A stretch of 63,869 nt of DNA, filler included. It is 13 parts of 13 records of this genome, joined end to end, with 100 filler letters (N's around TTAATTAATTAA, not from the genome) between each part and the next. Parts side by side here need not be neighbours in the genome. Positions count along the whole stretch, not along the records: positions 40,479 to 46,017 come from SRR7504441_17270; positions 46,118 to 50,007 come from SRR7504441_17276; positions 50,108 to 54,225 come from SRR7504441_17279; positions 54,326 to 59,269 come from SRR7504441_17287; 9 more parts are not named here. One strand, given 5' to 3'. The position numbers were made by a program, and so were the translations under genes. The notes beneath the pieces were generated by a model. That model did no database searches, was not told the DNA's origin, and saw only the letters and a list, made by a program, of their open reading frames with translations. How positions within the stretch are numbered: position 1 is the first letter of the stretch; each line of letters begins with the position of its first letter. Below, piece after piece: positions 44,919 to 57,110 of the stretch.

Positions 44919-46017
44919 TTAGTTTGCAGTTAGTTGCGTGTAGCAATCCAACACAACGTCATAGCTGTATGGACGGGATTCAAAGTAATGGCTAAATATC
45001 GAGGAAAAGTCTTTACCGTACTCATCGATTCCAACCAGCAGAAGCTCAATGTCGTCGTCTTCAAGAATTGTATCAAGAATAGGCACATCGAACTCGTCAT
45101 CAGACTGGTCATAAGGCCCTTTGTACAGGTCGTCATCGATAGGTGTCTTCAGTGGAACTCCAGCTTGGTCGTCGAGGTCATCCTCTTTGTATAGTGCGCG
45201 TTTATCGCGAGATTGCTTTGCCGCGTCCATGTAATCCTCTTTCCAATGCTGTTGCTGGGCAAAGTCATTCATCTCGACGTCTACAGCTAGATCGACCTTG
45301 CCCTTAGAAATCATCATCATGTCCCACAGTTGATTATCGAACACCTGTGTCAGGATGTGGTCTAAAGAGCTCATTACCTGTTCGGTTCTGACCACCACCT
45401 ATCAAGGTCAGATCGAGGTCGTTCTGCAGGACCTTTTCAGAGTCCATTTTTTTATTTGTAGCGTGAATGTTACCAGCTTCAGCTTGTTCTTGCCCTGCTG
45501 GGTCGGTCCAGGCGAGAGCAACACGGAGGGGAACTTTGTTTGAGATTATGCTGAAATCGCGTCCATAATAGGCTTCGGTAGTGTTGTCACCCCAAGGAAG
45601 CACAAGTATCTCGACCTTGTTTATCTGGGCCCAGATGAAGAAGCTGTTTATAAAGGGCTCATTGCTCATATCGATTGGTACATCCTTGTAGAAGTTATGA
45701 GGCAGATGCACAGTCGTGCTGCTCGGAGGGCAAGTTGCAGTGCCATTGATGTCTCCCAGAGCCAAGCAGTCACAACCAACTGGCGAAGGCAGAAAGCCCT
45801 CGCTTCTGGACCAGTCCAGCTGTCACCCATTTCACCGGTGCCATTTTGCTGAGCCATGTTGAAACTTGATGGACTAGGTTGGCTGGAGCTGTTGCCACGA
45901 GCTTCTCCGCTGATGAAGCAGTCACAATTATCCCAGCATTCTCGTTCCAGTGCAGCGTCCAGAGTCCTTGCGTCCATTCGTCCGCGGTGCTGCCAGGGAA
46001 TACCGGCACGCAGCCGA
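44919..46017 (-). CDS. C-terminal fragment with subtilase (KP-43/TagC-type) beta-domain motifs and Myb/SANT-like tail
   Basis: PLRVALAWTDPAG...LQNDLDLTL; tail DDIELLLVGIDEYGKDFSSI; two frame changes explainable by 46- and ~60-nt introns. Confidence 0.5.
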
Positions 46018-46117
46018 NNNNNNNNNNNNNNNNNNNNNNNNNNNNNNNNNNNNNNNNNNNNTTAATTAATTAANNNNNNNNNNNNNNNNNNNNNNNNNNN
46101 NNNNNNNNNNNNNNNNN

Positions 46118-47956
46118 GCGGAGGCCAGCCTGCCGGCCCCTTCGCTGGTGCCCTACGAGTTGGCGTTGAGCGGCGCCGGCTGCACGTACGTCAATGGCGA
46201 GTATGAGCGGATAGGGGAATACAACGGCATGCCCCACTACGTTTGCGCGGAGAGCGACCTCCAGATCTGGTTCAACCATGGCGAATGGCGGGTGGGCAGC
46301 ACTAACGATTACTTCTACACCTGCTCGGCTCAGACCGCCGTCCCCACCTCGAGCGCCAGCACCAAGTGGACAGTGAGCTCGCACCACCGGAACCCGGACG
46401 CGGTGCTCCCGGCCCCTGCGGTGACGCTGGTCGGTCAGTCGATCCCAGCGGCGCCCAGCGTGCCAATCGGCTCGGCTAGCCTGGACGGCCCTCTGTTTGG
46501 CTGGCCGCCCGAGCGGGTCTGGGTGTTCATTGCCGGGTTTTCTACCTTCGAGGGCGACGCGGCCGCCACCTGGAGTCAAGATTCTCGGCTGGACGTTCAG
46601 ATTGCAGAGCACTTCACCTCAGTCCGTGGCGTGCCTCAATCCAACCTCGTCTGTCTGACCGACCAGCAGGGTACAGTTGCCAACTGCAAGCAAGCGCTGG
46701 CCGGGCTCTGCAGCGCGGCCGGCCCGGGTGATGGGCTGTTCATTTACTGGGGTTCGCATGGATCCAACTGCATCGGTGAGGGGTTCTCTAATTGGAGCAC
46801 CAAGGCGTTTGATGGCTGGGTGTATGGGACTGAGTTACTCGATCTGATCGAGCAGAGCCGGTTCCAAGGGAGCGCGTTCATGGCGCTCGACTCGTGCTAC
46901 TCGGGCTCGATGGTCAAGCTGGTGGAGCAGCGGCCGGTGGCTGGGGTTGACATTGCTGCCTTGTCGTCGACAGCGCCCTGGCAAACCGCCTGGTGCCACA
47001 TTGGCCTGGCTAGCTCACTGGGGGGATAGGTCTCAGTGGCGGTTTGCCAACGCCGTCCTGCGCGGGCTTACGGGCAACGCCTGCGTGAGCAGTGCACCGC
47101 TAGCGTTTGGCCAATTCTGCGAGTATGTGAAGAGCGAGGTTGCACTCGAGTCGATAAGATCACTACTCACCGGGCTACAGGTCGCTTTCTTGTGTGACGG
47201 GCACCCCGAATACTTCCTAGGGCACAATTGGGGCCGCAGGGCCGCCTACTCCGGCCGGTCGCAGCTAGAGCACGAGAGGGTCCGGCTCCAGAACGCGACA
47301 AATCAGCGAGGGATGGTGCCCGGGCTTGCCGGCCTCGACTGACGAACCATGCAGGTGATAGACAGACTGAGCGGCGGCAGAGTTCTCCTGGAGCGGGGCA
47401 ACTATTCGAGTTCTAGCACGTTTGAAGCGTCCGAGCACGAGCTGTCGCCATTCACATGGCGGCAGTTTCAACTCAACCAGAAAGTCGAATTCAAGTTCAT
47501 GAACTGGTCGGAGTGGAAGGACGCTGTCGTGGTCGACAGGTCTGGTTCTGCAGTCTAAACTGAATCTAGCCTGAGTCGTGGGCTGACTGTCCAGGTTTGA
47601 GCACCTCTATCAGCTCGCATTCGCACCGCACTGGCAGAGTGGGGCAATGTGGGCCTCGGGCGATTGTCTTCGGATGCCTGGAGAAGCTGTCAGAGGTTTG
47701 GTGGTGCAAGGGGCCGGCTGCAGCACAGTGAATGGGATATACAAGGAATCTGGCGCATTCAACGGGCAACCGCTGTACGAATGTGATCAGAGTCGGCTGC
47801 AGATCTGGTTCAACGGAACGTGGCGCTTGGGTAAGACGAATGACTACGTACTATTACATGTCCTCGAGTGCCCCAGCCGATAACAATTGGTCTGTGGCAA
47901 CGTTTCAGGCCAACCCAGCGGCTAGAGATCCACCGCCTACGGTTTACTTCAGTTGA
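46118..47956 (+). CDS. Clan CD (caspase/legumain-like) cysteine peptidase flanked by a duplicated beta domain (5' truncated; frameshift near the end)
   Basis: LFIYWGSHG and ALDSCYSG His/Cys dyad; GAGC..VNG.Y...G..NG.P.Y...LQIWFN..WR.G.TNDY occurs at both ends; Tudor/Agenet-like segment; four GT-AG introns. Confidence 0.75.
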
Positions 47957-48157
47957 ACAACAACGCCGACTATAGGCAGACCATAGGTCGACACACGGTT
48001 GATTAGCATCTTTAGGTAGCGTTCACAATCAATCATGTACTTATTGTGCTGTACAATCATAGTGCGAAAAGTTTTTCAATTCATCAAGGAGACTACCTAG
48101 TGCGACCACGACACAATTTTGTGTGAACGATAGTTGTTTATTTCAATAATAGGATTG

Positions 48158-49462
48158 CTACCGGTAGGGAATGTAGTTGTCTTGTAAGAAGCGCATCGTC
48201 TTGTACAATTCTGAGTCCACAGGTATAGACTCATTAACACCCGGATTCTTTCGAGTTTCGTTATTGTAAGCTTCAACAAGTTTGAGTGCTTTGCTAACAT
48301 TCTGCGCGATTGCTGCCTGCTTTAGTTTCTCCTCGGTGCGGCTCACATTGGCCCGGATCGCCTCTTGCGCATAGTACTGCTCTGCCTCCTCGTCTCGCTT
48401 AGCGTAAATTGCCTCAGCTTTGTTCATTTGCTCCTCCGCAACCAGCTTACCTTCTGGGGATGCCTTGAATTCTAATTCTTTCTTTTTAGCTTCAGCCCTC
48501 TTGTCGTTTGCAACACTTTTCTCTAATCTCTCTCTCTGGTACTGTTTAGTCTTCACCCCACGCTCAGCTCTCGTTTCGCTGGACATTTCATCCACAATTT
48601 TTTGCTTTTTAATACGCTCTGCCTTCACCATCAGCTTGATATTGTGCTGCTTAATTATCTTTGCTTTTCGCTCTTTGAACCAGATGGCAGCTTTATCCTT
48701 GCGCTCCTTAGCCACCAGAACCTTACTAGCAGCGTCCTGCAACAGAGCACAATCAGGATCAAACCCTTGTAACCAGCCTGACATTACGATCCAAATGCAC
48801 TATATTGCACACCTCTTTGCTTTCGGCCACCTCTCGCAGCTCTTTGTTCAAGAAGCTGTCTCTGCGCGCGGTCAGGCTGACCAACTCTGCAGTGGTCAAG
48901 TCAGTCACGGCCGGGATGTTTGGCCCAAAGTCTGTCTTTGGAAGAGCTGTGCGCGCCTCAGGCGGCTGCCCGCAGCCTTTTTTTGGAGGCGAGTCGGGCT
49001 GTTTAATAAAAGTGGATCCGTGCTTCCACGCCTTCATTTGCACCTTCCCGCCAGGAAATTTCGTCTTGGGTATGATCCAGCACTCGGCACCCTTATCGGC
49101 CTGGTTGGTCTCCACATAACCCAGGCAATCAGCACTTCCGCTGCACTTAGTTTTGCAACGCGATGTCTCCATCTGTGTGGCGTTGCCAATCCGACCTGGG
49201 TAGGTCTTTTCCTTTTCGGTCATGATGGGATACGTATCCATAGCACTATGCTCAATGTAGGTCGGCCCAGTCACGCAGTCCTCGTAAGGCGGAGGGTGGG
49301 TGGCTGGAGGCATCTTGGCACTAATCTGATCAGCGCCTCGCGACAGCTCCGCGCACAGGCCAACTGCCACCGGCTCGCCGCGGCGGGGGCGGGGCAGGCC
49401 GCACCCTGCAGCCAGGCCAGCAGCACCATCCGACGCCCTCCCGGCCGCACCCCGGGCCGCAT
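48158..49462 (-). CDS. Secreted protein with Cys-rich PAN/apple-like module and long coiled coil
   Basis: Signal peptide after a 41-nt intron; CKTKCSGSADCLGY...ECW; a 76-nt intron joins it to a Lys/Glu coiled coil. Confidence 0.6.
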
Positions 49463-50346
49463 CACTCACCCCGCTGGCAGGATCTGTATCTCATCTCATC
49501 ACCATTCGGCGAAAACTTGGGGGTTCCGGATGGCCATGGAGCATGAGAGGAGCAGCCCGGTCCGAATGCCAGCGCGGCGGGGCTAGCGGCCGTGGCAAGC
49601 GTAACTGGAGTGGTCGGGATACCGCGATCGATCCAGCTCGCCGTCCCTGTGGTCGCGAGGTGTGGCACGCCCGGGCTGCGCTCGCTGACGGCCCCGCAGG
49701 TGCCTCGCTACCCCGGGCCGCTGGGGAGCCTCCGCGCCTCCGCCCTCCGGCCAGATCTAGGCCAGATCCATGCAAATCGATCCTAAATCGATCCGTTGCT
49801 CGGGCCGCTCGGGCCCAATAGAAAGAGGAGCGTGAGCCAGGCCAACCAGCACTGATCACCGCTGTGAGGAGCGTGAGCTCACTTACGAATGCCGCTGCGC
49901 CAAAGCGCACCTTGCCTATGCCAGGAACATTAATTTTATTACTTGTCGTGATTTTATAATAGTAGGCAGTCAATTGGTTAGCTCGCATGACACGCAATTG
50001 TACATCANNNNNNNNNNNNNNNNNNNNNNNNNNNNNNNNNNNNNNNNNNNNTTAATTAATTAANNNNNNNNNNNNNNNNNNNNNNNNNNNNNNNNNNNNN
50101 NNNNNNNTTTTATTTGCTTGTTTTATCAATTGTAAACACTGCCCCGATTTTCGGAATCGATGCATTATACATAGGTGGCGCACCCGCCACCTCAGGGCGC
50201 ATGCACTATGACTCTACTATGACTCACACACATCCAATCATAACAAATATGAATAGACACATTGAAGCGAAGCACGTCGGTGCAAGGTAATAAGTACCAA
50301 TATGTGGCGACCAATGATCAATCAGTGATCAGGTGTAGATCCCGGA

Positions 50347-53300
50347 TCAGTTGCCCAACTGCCACACAGAAGAGTCTAGTTCAAGCGCTTGGTGGATCCT
50401 GTCGACAGTCGCCGGCATCTCTAATTGGAATTCGGGAGATAAGCCCCGTTCCTTCCTAGAGGCAGCAATTGCATACCGAACAGCACTGAATGCTGAGAGT
50501 GCAAGCAGGACCGGCGGCTCGCCAATAGCTTTGGATCCTCGGACTGCAAGTTCCAACCCTAATCACAGTAAGGGATCAGAGTCCTGCTAGATCTGCTTTG
50601 AGCCCACCGAATGGTGAATCTGGGAGAAGTTCCACATTGAATTCGATTGGTATATCCCTGCATTGGGGCATGAGCTCTAACCTGTTGCGGCAGAAGCAAC
50701 CTATTCAGGCATGGTTTGTATTCCCATGTATCATGGGAGTTGTTGTGGCCAGTGTTTGGATCTATCATAACTTCTTCTTGGAGATAAAAGCCCAGCCCGA
50801 TCACAAACCCTACAAGCCAGGATTACAAAATGCTCTGTGAGCAAGCGTAGACCCACCGCCCTCGGCCTGCCCAATGTCAATCTGAGGGTTGAGTGAGTGT
50901 CCACAATCTTGTACAAGTGTCGCTCGATTAATTGTTTTCACACCTACGAGTTTGGCTTAGGGTGAGGTACACGTGGAGCCTGATTCAAGTGATCACGCTT
51001 TCTACTGGGTTTCAATAGTACCTGTTAATAAATCAATTTCGACCTCAGTCACGGATGCGCCAGTAGAGAAATAATCTGTTATCCTGTACAAGCAGCATCA
51101 TAATGGATAAAGCTCTGGCTGCTGAGATTACCCGTGACCAATCCCAACGCTCTTCCCTGCCAGAATGTCTTGCGGTGTCCTTCCTCGAGGCTGATGGGTG
51201 GCCGCCGCAGAGAGATTGACATGCATCGCATCAGGCGTGAATAACCCAGCGCCACCACCTCCATCATATTCAGAGGTCAGCCCATTGAGAGGATGGTCCG
51301 ATATCCCACACAAGGGCTCTGCAGTGTTCGAAAAAGCACAGAGTTCCCTCCAAGTTGGTTGCTTGCCATTTTTGTCAGCCATGTGCTGACGTACCGGAGC
51401 TAGCCGCTCCAGGAGCATGTCGCATGCCATCTCAGCTGCACTTACGCAGCATTCTGAGGTAGTAGAGCCACCAGTGATCATACCATTTGGGGTCACCTGA
51501 ATTCTAGCAATTAGTCCATTGGCGTGATAGTACAGGCATTGTTACCTGTGTATTGACTTCCATCACAGATACGGTCGAAGCGTCGATTCCAAACTTTTGC
51601 GCTATGGCTCCAGTCACCTGTAAACACTAGGAGTAAGGAACCCAAGCAACAAGCAAGCACATGCTTATGTGTTTCAAGCACATGCTTATGTTCTTGAGTA
51701 AAGGGTGCTAGCATGGGCTAAATAGCGCACCTTTGTGAACAATCCCTGGCCAATCTCGCATCCGGTGGTCCATGCAGACACAGAGCCGTCAGATGCTGAT
51801 ATATTCACTAAGGCTGACTGCCCCTGGCTGAATCCGTGCGTGTGCGCAAACCTGTCAATACAACTTGAACAGTAGCTCGGGCTGCCGCGAATACCGTAGT
51901 GGCATGAGACCGATCCCGCGTTTAGTCCATTTATGTGTGCTGTTATATTCATCGATCGCTGCTTTCCGCTGCTCAAGCTCAGTTTTCGCCTGTTCTCACA
52001 ATTCAAGGATGGCACGGCTTTAGATTTACCAAGATGTACTCAACAATTTTGTGGACATTGTACTCGGGAATCTTCGCCTGTACAGTGGCATCAACAATTG
52101 AGTGGATATCAAGGCTGCAACCTCAAGACAGGTCTTGTTATTTTCGGCAGTCATCAAGTTCTTGAGCCGAAAGTCCACTGGGTCGTCGCCATGTTTGGCA
52201 GCGACTGCCTCAACGATATGTTCTCCAATCGCAGCTGCCTCTACCAGTCCTACCCAAATAAAGTGACACCACGCTATGCTGGATCAAAGCCTACGCACCA
52301 GGGCCGCGGAACGCAGTGTTGGAGGCTGTATTCGTGCGATTCACACAAACCTTGTTTCTGAAGTTTGGGATCAAGTACGAACCTACGCCATTTGAGTCAA
52401 ATTCTAACAAAGGAATTAGCATACCCTCGACATTGTACATGACTTCTTCCGCAACAAAATCAGAATAGTCGGTGGTACAGCCTGAGTCTACTGCAGTCCA
52501 TACATCCACCCCTTGCAGTAGGCCCTGTGCGTCACAGCCTGCCTTGAATTTGACAAGCATCGGGTCTCTACAATTTCCCATGAAGTGCATGTCAGTGCCA
52601 ATGCTGTTTTGAATTTTAACTGTCGCACCAGATATCCTGGCACAAAGGATTGCTGCACAGCTATTGAAATAGCTTCGAGTGCACTTGCTGCCAAAGCCTC
52701 CTCCAACCCTCTTATTTCTGACAGTAACCTTATCCTTACCAAGGCCAAGCGTTGCTGCAGCACGAATATGGGTGTCGTCAGGCTGCTGTGTAGAAGCAAT
52801 AACTACATAACGTCCACCCTCTTCTGGAATGCATGTGGTGGTCTGCCTCTCAATGGTGAAGTGCGATTGACCTCCTAGGAGGCACTCGCCTTCAACAACT
52901 GTTGCACACCTGTCCCACACCGAATCTGCTATCCCTTTGAGCTCACAGCCAGCGGTCCCATTTGGATTCGTTTCACCAAGCCGAACCTCTCCATATACAG
53001 TGTTACCATCATTCTCTACCCCAGCGTGGTGCCAAGCAGAGACGAGGTCCTTGAAAGCAGGTAATACGATGTGCTGATCTGTGGATGGAGTCTCGCTTGA
53101 TTCTGATATTGCAACCACTTGATCAATGCCGTATACCCCAGTAGACCCGGGTACATCTTCATAAATCACCTCGTGAGCTGCAACAGCGGCGGCTTCTTCT
53201 GCTTCCCGTCGAGTATTTGCTAGCACTATTGCAACTATTTGTCCAACATACAAAGTGGTGCTTCCTATTGGAGCAACTAGAGGCTCCTCGCCACGGACAA

Positions 53301-54225
53301 ACGCGGCCTGACCATTGTCGAAGTTTCCAGCCAATGCAGTAGCGTCAACAAAATGGTTAACTCCAGGCATCGAGAGCGCGGTTTCTGATGGGATCTGTGA
53401 CAGGGGTTAGTATAAAGCAGTCTTTGCAGGTTGACCTTGACGATCTTGGCTGGTGCACGGAGACAAGGCACAGCGGCTCCATAGAGGGTCCCAAAGGTGG
53501 GTGGTGTGTCATTAGCAAACTTGCACTCACCAGATGCTAACTGTACTGCATCCGGCTTCGTAGTGGGATATTTGCCTGGGTGATCATCTGGGAACGCGGT
53601 CAGCGACCCAATACTGATAGTTACTACGACCACTAATACTAATACTACTACCACTACTAACCTGGGAGGTTGGTAAGCCACAGCTGAGACCCAGATCCAG
53701 CAGGTCGGTGCTTCAGAGCACTACGTGGATCTCCTGGAGATTCGTTGTCGCTGTTGGTTAGCTGAGTCAAGAACATGAGCATGATCGATTCAAGCAGACC
53801 AGCTCGGTACTTGTCCTTGCCTGCACACAAATGGTCACCTATCTGATGTTTTCATATTTGAATTACAAGTATTCATGTTTGTCTGAAAAGGTTACTGCAC
53901 AGCACGAACAAGTTAGCCCACCTTCTGGCTGCATCGTTGTATGATATTGCATCTCTGGGTGTAATTCAACTTGACGTATGATTGCAAGAACTCCCTGGAG
54001 AGTTGCAGTGTCCAGGGCTTTGCCAGTGAGGTAGCTCTCTACAGCAGGGATAGATATGGGCCCTTGGGCACTCGCAGCCCCCAGCACCAGGGAACACTTC
54101 TCAATGGTATTGTCTGCGCCAATTGTTGCACGCAGTCCAGCGTTAAGGAGTGCATGAGCATTCGTGGACCGCAGGGCCTGTTCAAACAACCAGAATAAGC
54201 GCAGTCAACAAGATCAAAGAGAACG
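50347..54225 (-). CDS. Xanthine dehydrogenase/aldehyde oxidase family molybdo-flavoenzyme (5' truncated)
   Basis: LGGQSHFTIE, RVGGGFGSK, TAFRGPG, GCEIGQGLFTK, GGSTTSE, GSKAIGEPP, MPAT; many GT-AG introns. Confidence 0.92.
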
Positions 54226-54406
54226 NNNNNNNNNNNNNNNNNNNNNNNNNNNNNNNNNNNNNNNNNNNNTTAATTAATTAANNNNNNNNNNNNNNNNNNN
54301 NNNNNNNNNNNNNNNNNNNNNNNNNAACCTACGTCGTAGTTCTGCGGTTTGAGAGTATAAGCTTACGAGTATATCAATTCAAGCGTTTATAGTTAGTCAA
54401 AGTACA

Positions 54407-55276
54407 TTATAAAATAGTACAACACCTAGTCTTTTTGCTCGTCTTATAAAAGGCGAGCGATCCGGTCGACAGATCATCCGACTTTTGCATGATAGACTCG
54501 AGGCTTTGCCCTCGTGTGATCACCTGGTCGATCGTCTTGTAGAGCACCTTCTTGGTGTCCTCGATCTGACCGTGCAGCTGCGGCAGCTTCTCGGCCGCGG
54601 CCGGGTCCTGATACTTTGCTAAATATTCCGCCAGCAGCGGGAACTCGACCGCTTGGTCTTCGGTCGGCATGCTGCCCAGCAGCGCACTATGCTGATCTGC
54701 GAACTTAGCCAGCAGCTGGTGCAGGAGCCTGTAGACGATCTTGGGCGGGTAGTCCGGCGCCGCCACCATCGTGGCCACCAGCCGGCCCTGCCTGGCGCTG
54801 CAGCCGTGGATGCAAAAGTCGAGCTTCGAGTGCTCCTCGTCCGGTAGTATGGTCTCTCCGGCAGCCTCCTTGAGGTGCTGAGCCACCTGCCGACTGCCGA
54901 ACCGGAGGAATTCGCCCGCCTGCGTCCTGTACCACCAGCTGAACTGGTCGAGCCGCTCGCAGGTGCACAGCACCACCGCCCGCTCGCCCTCTCGCAGGTA
55001 AATGGTGGCCGCGATCAGAGGGGTGTCCGATGCGCACTTGGCGGCGGGCGTGGCGTTGCTCGCCGCGGCGGGCGTGGCTGCACCGGTCACCTGCGGCTGC
55101 CGGCTGGGCTTGCGGCTGCCGGGCATGCCCGAGAGCTCCTCCAGGAAGTCTAGGTTGCGGCCCCCGAACGGCTGATCGGCCGGGTCGAGCGGTTCGGCCT
55201 CCTCCGCCGCCGCTGGCTCCGGGGAGCCCGGGCCGGCGAACCAGCCGTTATAAACGGTTCCGAGACAGTTCCACAT
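54407..55276 (-). CDS. YKT6: Ykt6-like longin R-SNARE with N-terminal extension
   Basis: Longin domain (DYPPKIVYRLL, YLAKYQDP), SNARE helix TIDQVITRGQSLESIMQKSDDLS, C-terminal CCTIL prenylation motif, no TM; intronless. Confidence 0.85.
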   Translation of the reverse strand: MWNCLGTVYNGWFAGPGSPEPAAAEEAEPLDPADQPFGGRNLDFLEELSGMPGSRKPSRQPQVTGAATPAAASNATPAAKCASDTPLIAATIYLREGERAVVLCTCERLDQFSWWYRTQAGEFLRFGSRQVAQHLKEAAGETILPDEEHSKLDFCIHGCSARQGRLVATMVAAPDYPPKIVYRLLHQLLAKFADQHSALLGSMPTEDQAVEFPLLAEYLAKYQDPAAAEKLPQLHGQIEDTKKVLYKTIDQVITRGQSLESIMQKSDDLSTGSLAFYKTSKKTRCCTIL

Positions 55277-55631
55277 GACCCGCACAGCCCTTGAGCCTGC
55301 GCCCAGGTCCGCGTGTGGTTCCCGGAGTTTGTTGCCAAACCCTTCTCCACGATTCAGCAAGTCGGTCGGCCGCGGTCAGCGCTAGCTGCACGTGAGCTGC
55401 AACAGTCGTCACACACACTCCGTGGCACCGAAGCTGGTCGAGCTGATCGGATGAGCTGACGAGACTCCGAACGTTCCTTCGAGTAAATTTTTATTTTGAT
55501 TTCCGGATTTCTAGGACATGATTGTTACACAAGTGCAGCAATTGGCATAGCTCGCGGTAGCTAATTGCACATTGCGGCCTACAATGTTCAAGTCCTATCG
55601 GCATGCCGACAGACGACGTAGTTACCCTGGC

Positions 55632-56993
55632 CTAACGCTGACCAATGTGAATGACGCTAACGAGACAACAAGTCAACGACGCAGCAAATCCTTGAGCAAC
55701 GCCGGCTCCCTTGAACATCTGCTTGTCGAAGATGACCGTGCAAGTGGTGGACCACGATTGGGCCAACGGCAGGCTGGCGCTGTTGATCGCCAGAGGCACA
55801 CGGGATCGCGAAGTGAACGGCAACCGGAGATAACTTGGATGCTGGTTGTGCTGCTCATAGCAAAGTCCGAAAAACGGTCCATCACTCACATCCGCCTGCA
55901 CATGCTCATGCAAGCTGCTCGGCAGCCGCCTAGCCCACTCCCAGCCTGTAACGTCCGCCCATCGCAGCCCAGCCCTGCAGAGTGCTAGCAGCGGCACAGT
56001 GCCATCTTGCAATGCGCTCGAGTCTCTCAGTTGCACCGAAGCCACATCCAGCGCCTCCAGCCCGCTGGCAGACCCCAGCGCGACCAGCGTGTCGGCTGTC
56101 ACCGCAGGTACCGAGGCCAGACCTACTCGCTTCAGAAACGGCAAGCCTCGCAGGCTTTTGTTCAGCAGAGCCGAGTCCCTGATCGGACAGCATGCCAGGT
56201 CAAGCTCAGTGAGCGTTCTGCCGTTCAGCACTCGACCCAAATCATCGGCGGTCCGGATCCCGGCGCAGCTGCGCAGCTCGAGCGTCCTCAGCGGGCACTG
56301 AGCCAGCACAGGCACTGGCTGGCTCGAGTCCCACCAATGGGACAGTCGGAGCACAGCCAGCCGAGGCAGTGCCTCAACCAGCCGACTGAGTGCGTCGGCG
56401 CTCCACGGCCGGCTCCGCTGGGAGCTCGAGCTGAGATCTAGCTCCTCCAGCTCGCGTAACCCGGCCAGCGCCCCGAGGCTGACGTCGCTGAGCAAACTCA
56501 ACTCGCTAAGGTCGATTCGTCGGAGCCCCGGGAAGCAGCAAGCCAGCTGTCGGATCGACTCGTCCTTCACTGCCCGGCCGGGGACGGCGACCCTCTCCTG
56601 GCGCCGCCTGACCGCCCGCACGGCCCCGCAGAGCGGCGGGCTCGCGGCTGCAATCTTAGCTTGCTCACGGGGCAGGCAGCCGGCCCAGCTGACGATGCGC
56701 TGGAGCAGATCATCCGGGATCGCTGCCAGCCGCCCCCCACCGGCCGGCCTCCTGCGTACAAGTCCGGCCGGGGCCAGCGCTCTGAGGTACACCCGTGTGT
56801 CCGGTCTGCCCGGCTTGGCGCGCCGTTCGGGGACCGCCGCCGTTTGCTCAGACACCATGGTCGGCGGTGGCTGGCTGCCTTGTACTGGAGGCGAGTGGAG
56901 CGGGCCTTGTCGGTGCCGCTGGCCCAGCTGGCGCTTCAGCCTGTCCACCCGCCGCCCCCGCCGGTCCATTCGTGTTTGCGTCTCAAAGTCCAT
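55632..56993 (-). CDS. F-box/leucine-rich repeat protein
   Basis: LAAIPDDLLQRIVSW F-box-like segment; repeats LRRIDLS, LEELDLS, LRTLELRSC, LTELDLACC. Confidence 0.75.
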   Translation of the reverse strand: MDFETQTRMDRRGRRVDRLKRQLGQRHRQGPLHSPPVQGSQPPPTMVSEQTAAVPERRAKPGRPDTRVYLRALAPAGLVRRRPAGGGRLAAIPDDLLQRIVSWAGCLPREQAKIAAASPPLCGAVRAVRRRQERVAVPGRAVKDESIRQLACCFPGLRRIDLSELSLLSDVSLGALAGLRELEELDLSSSSQRSRPWSADALSRLVEALPRLAVLRLSHWWDSSQPVPVLAQCPLRTLELRSCAGIRTADDLGRVLNGRTLTELDLACCPIRDSALLNKSLRGLPFLKRVGLASVPAVTADTLVALGSASGLEALDVASVQLRDSSALQDGTVPLLALCRAGLRWADVTGWEWARRLPSSLHEHVQADVSDGPFFGLCYEQHNQHPSYLRLPFTSRSRVPLAINSASLPLAQSWSTTCTVIFDKQMFKGAGVAQGFAASLTCCLVSVIHIGQR

Positions 56994-57110
56994 CGTACTG
57001 GACGCACTGATCCGCCTCCATTGATCCGTTACGAGTGGTCGTTTGTGTTCGGGTGCTGACAGCCTTCTTGAGCGTGAAGCCCTGCGTCCAAGCCTGGGCG
57101 GCCTGCGGCA

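Noticed and set aside
53620-53660. (TAC/TAA)n-like microsatellite reading as poly-Val TM in the ORF track
   Set aside because: Lies inside an intron of the XDH/AO gene.
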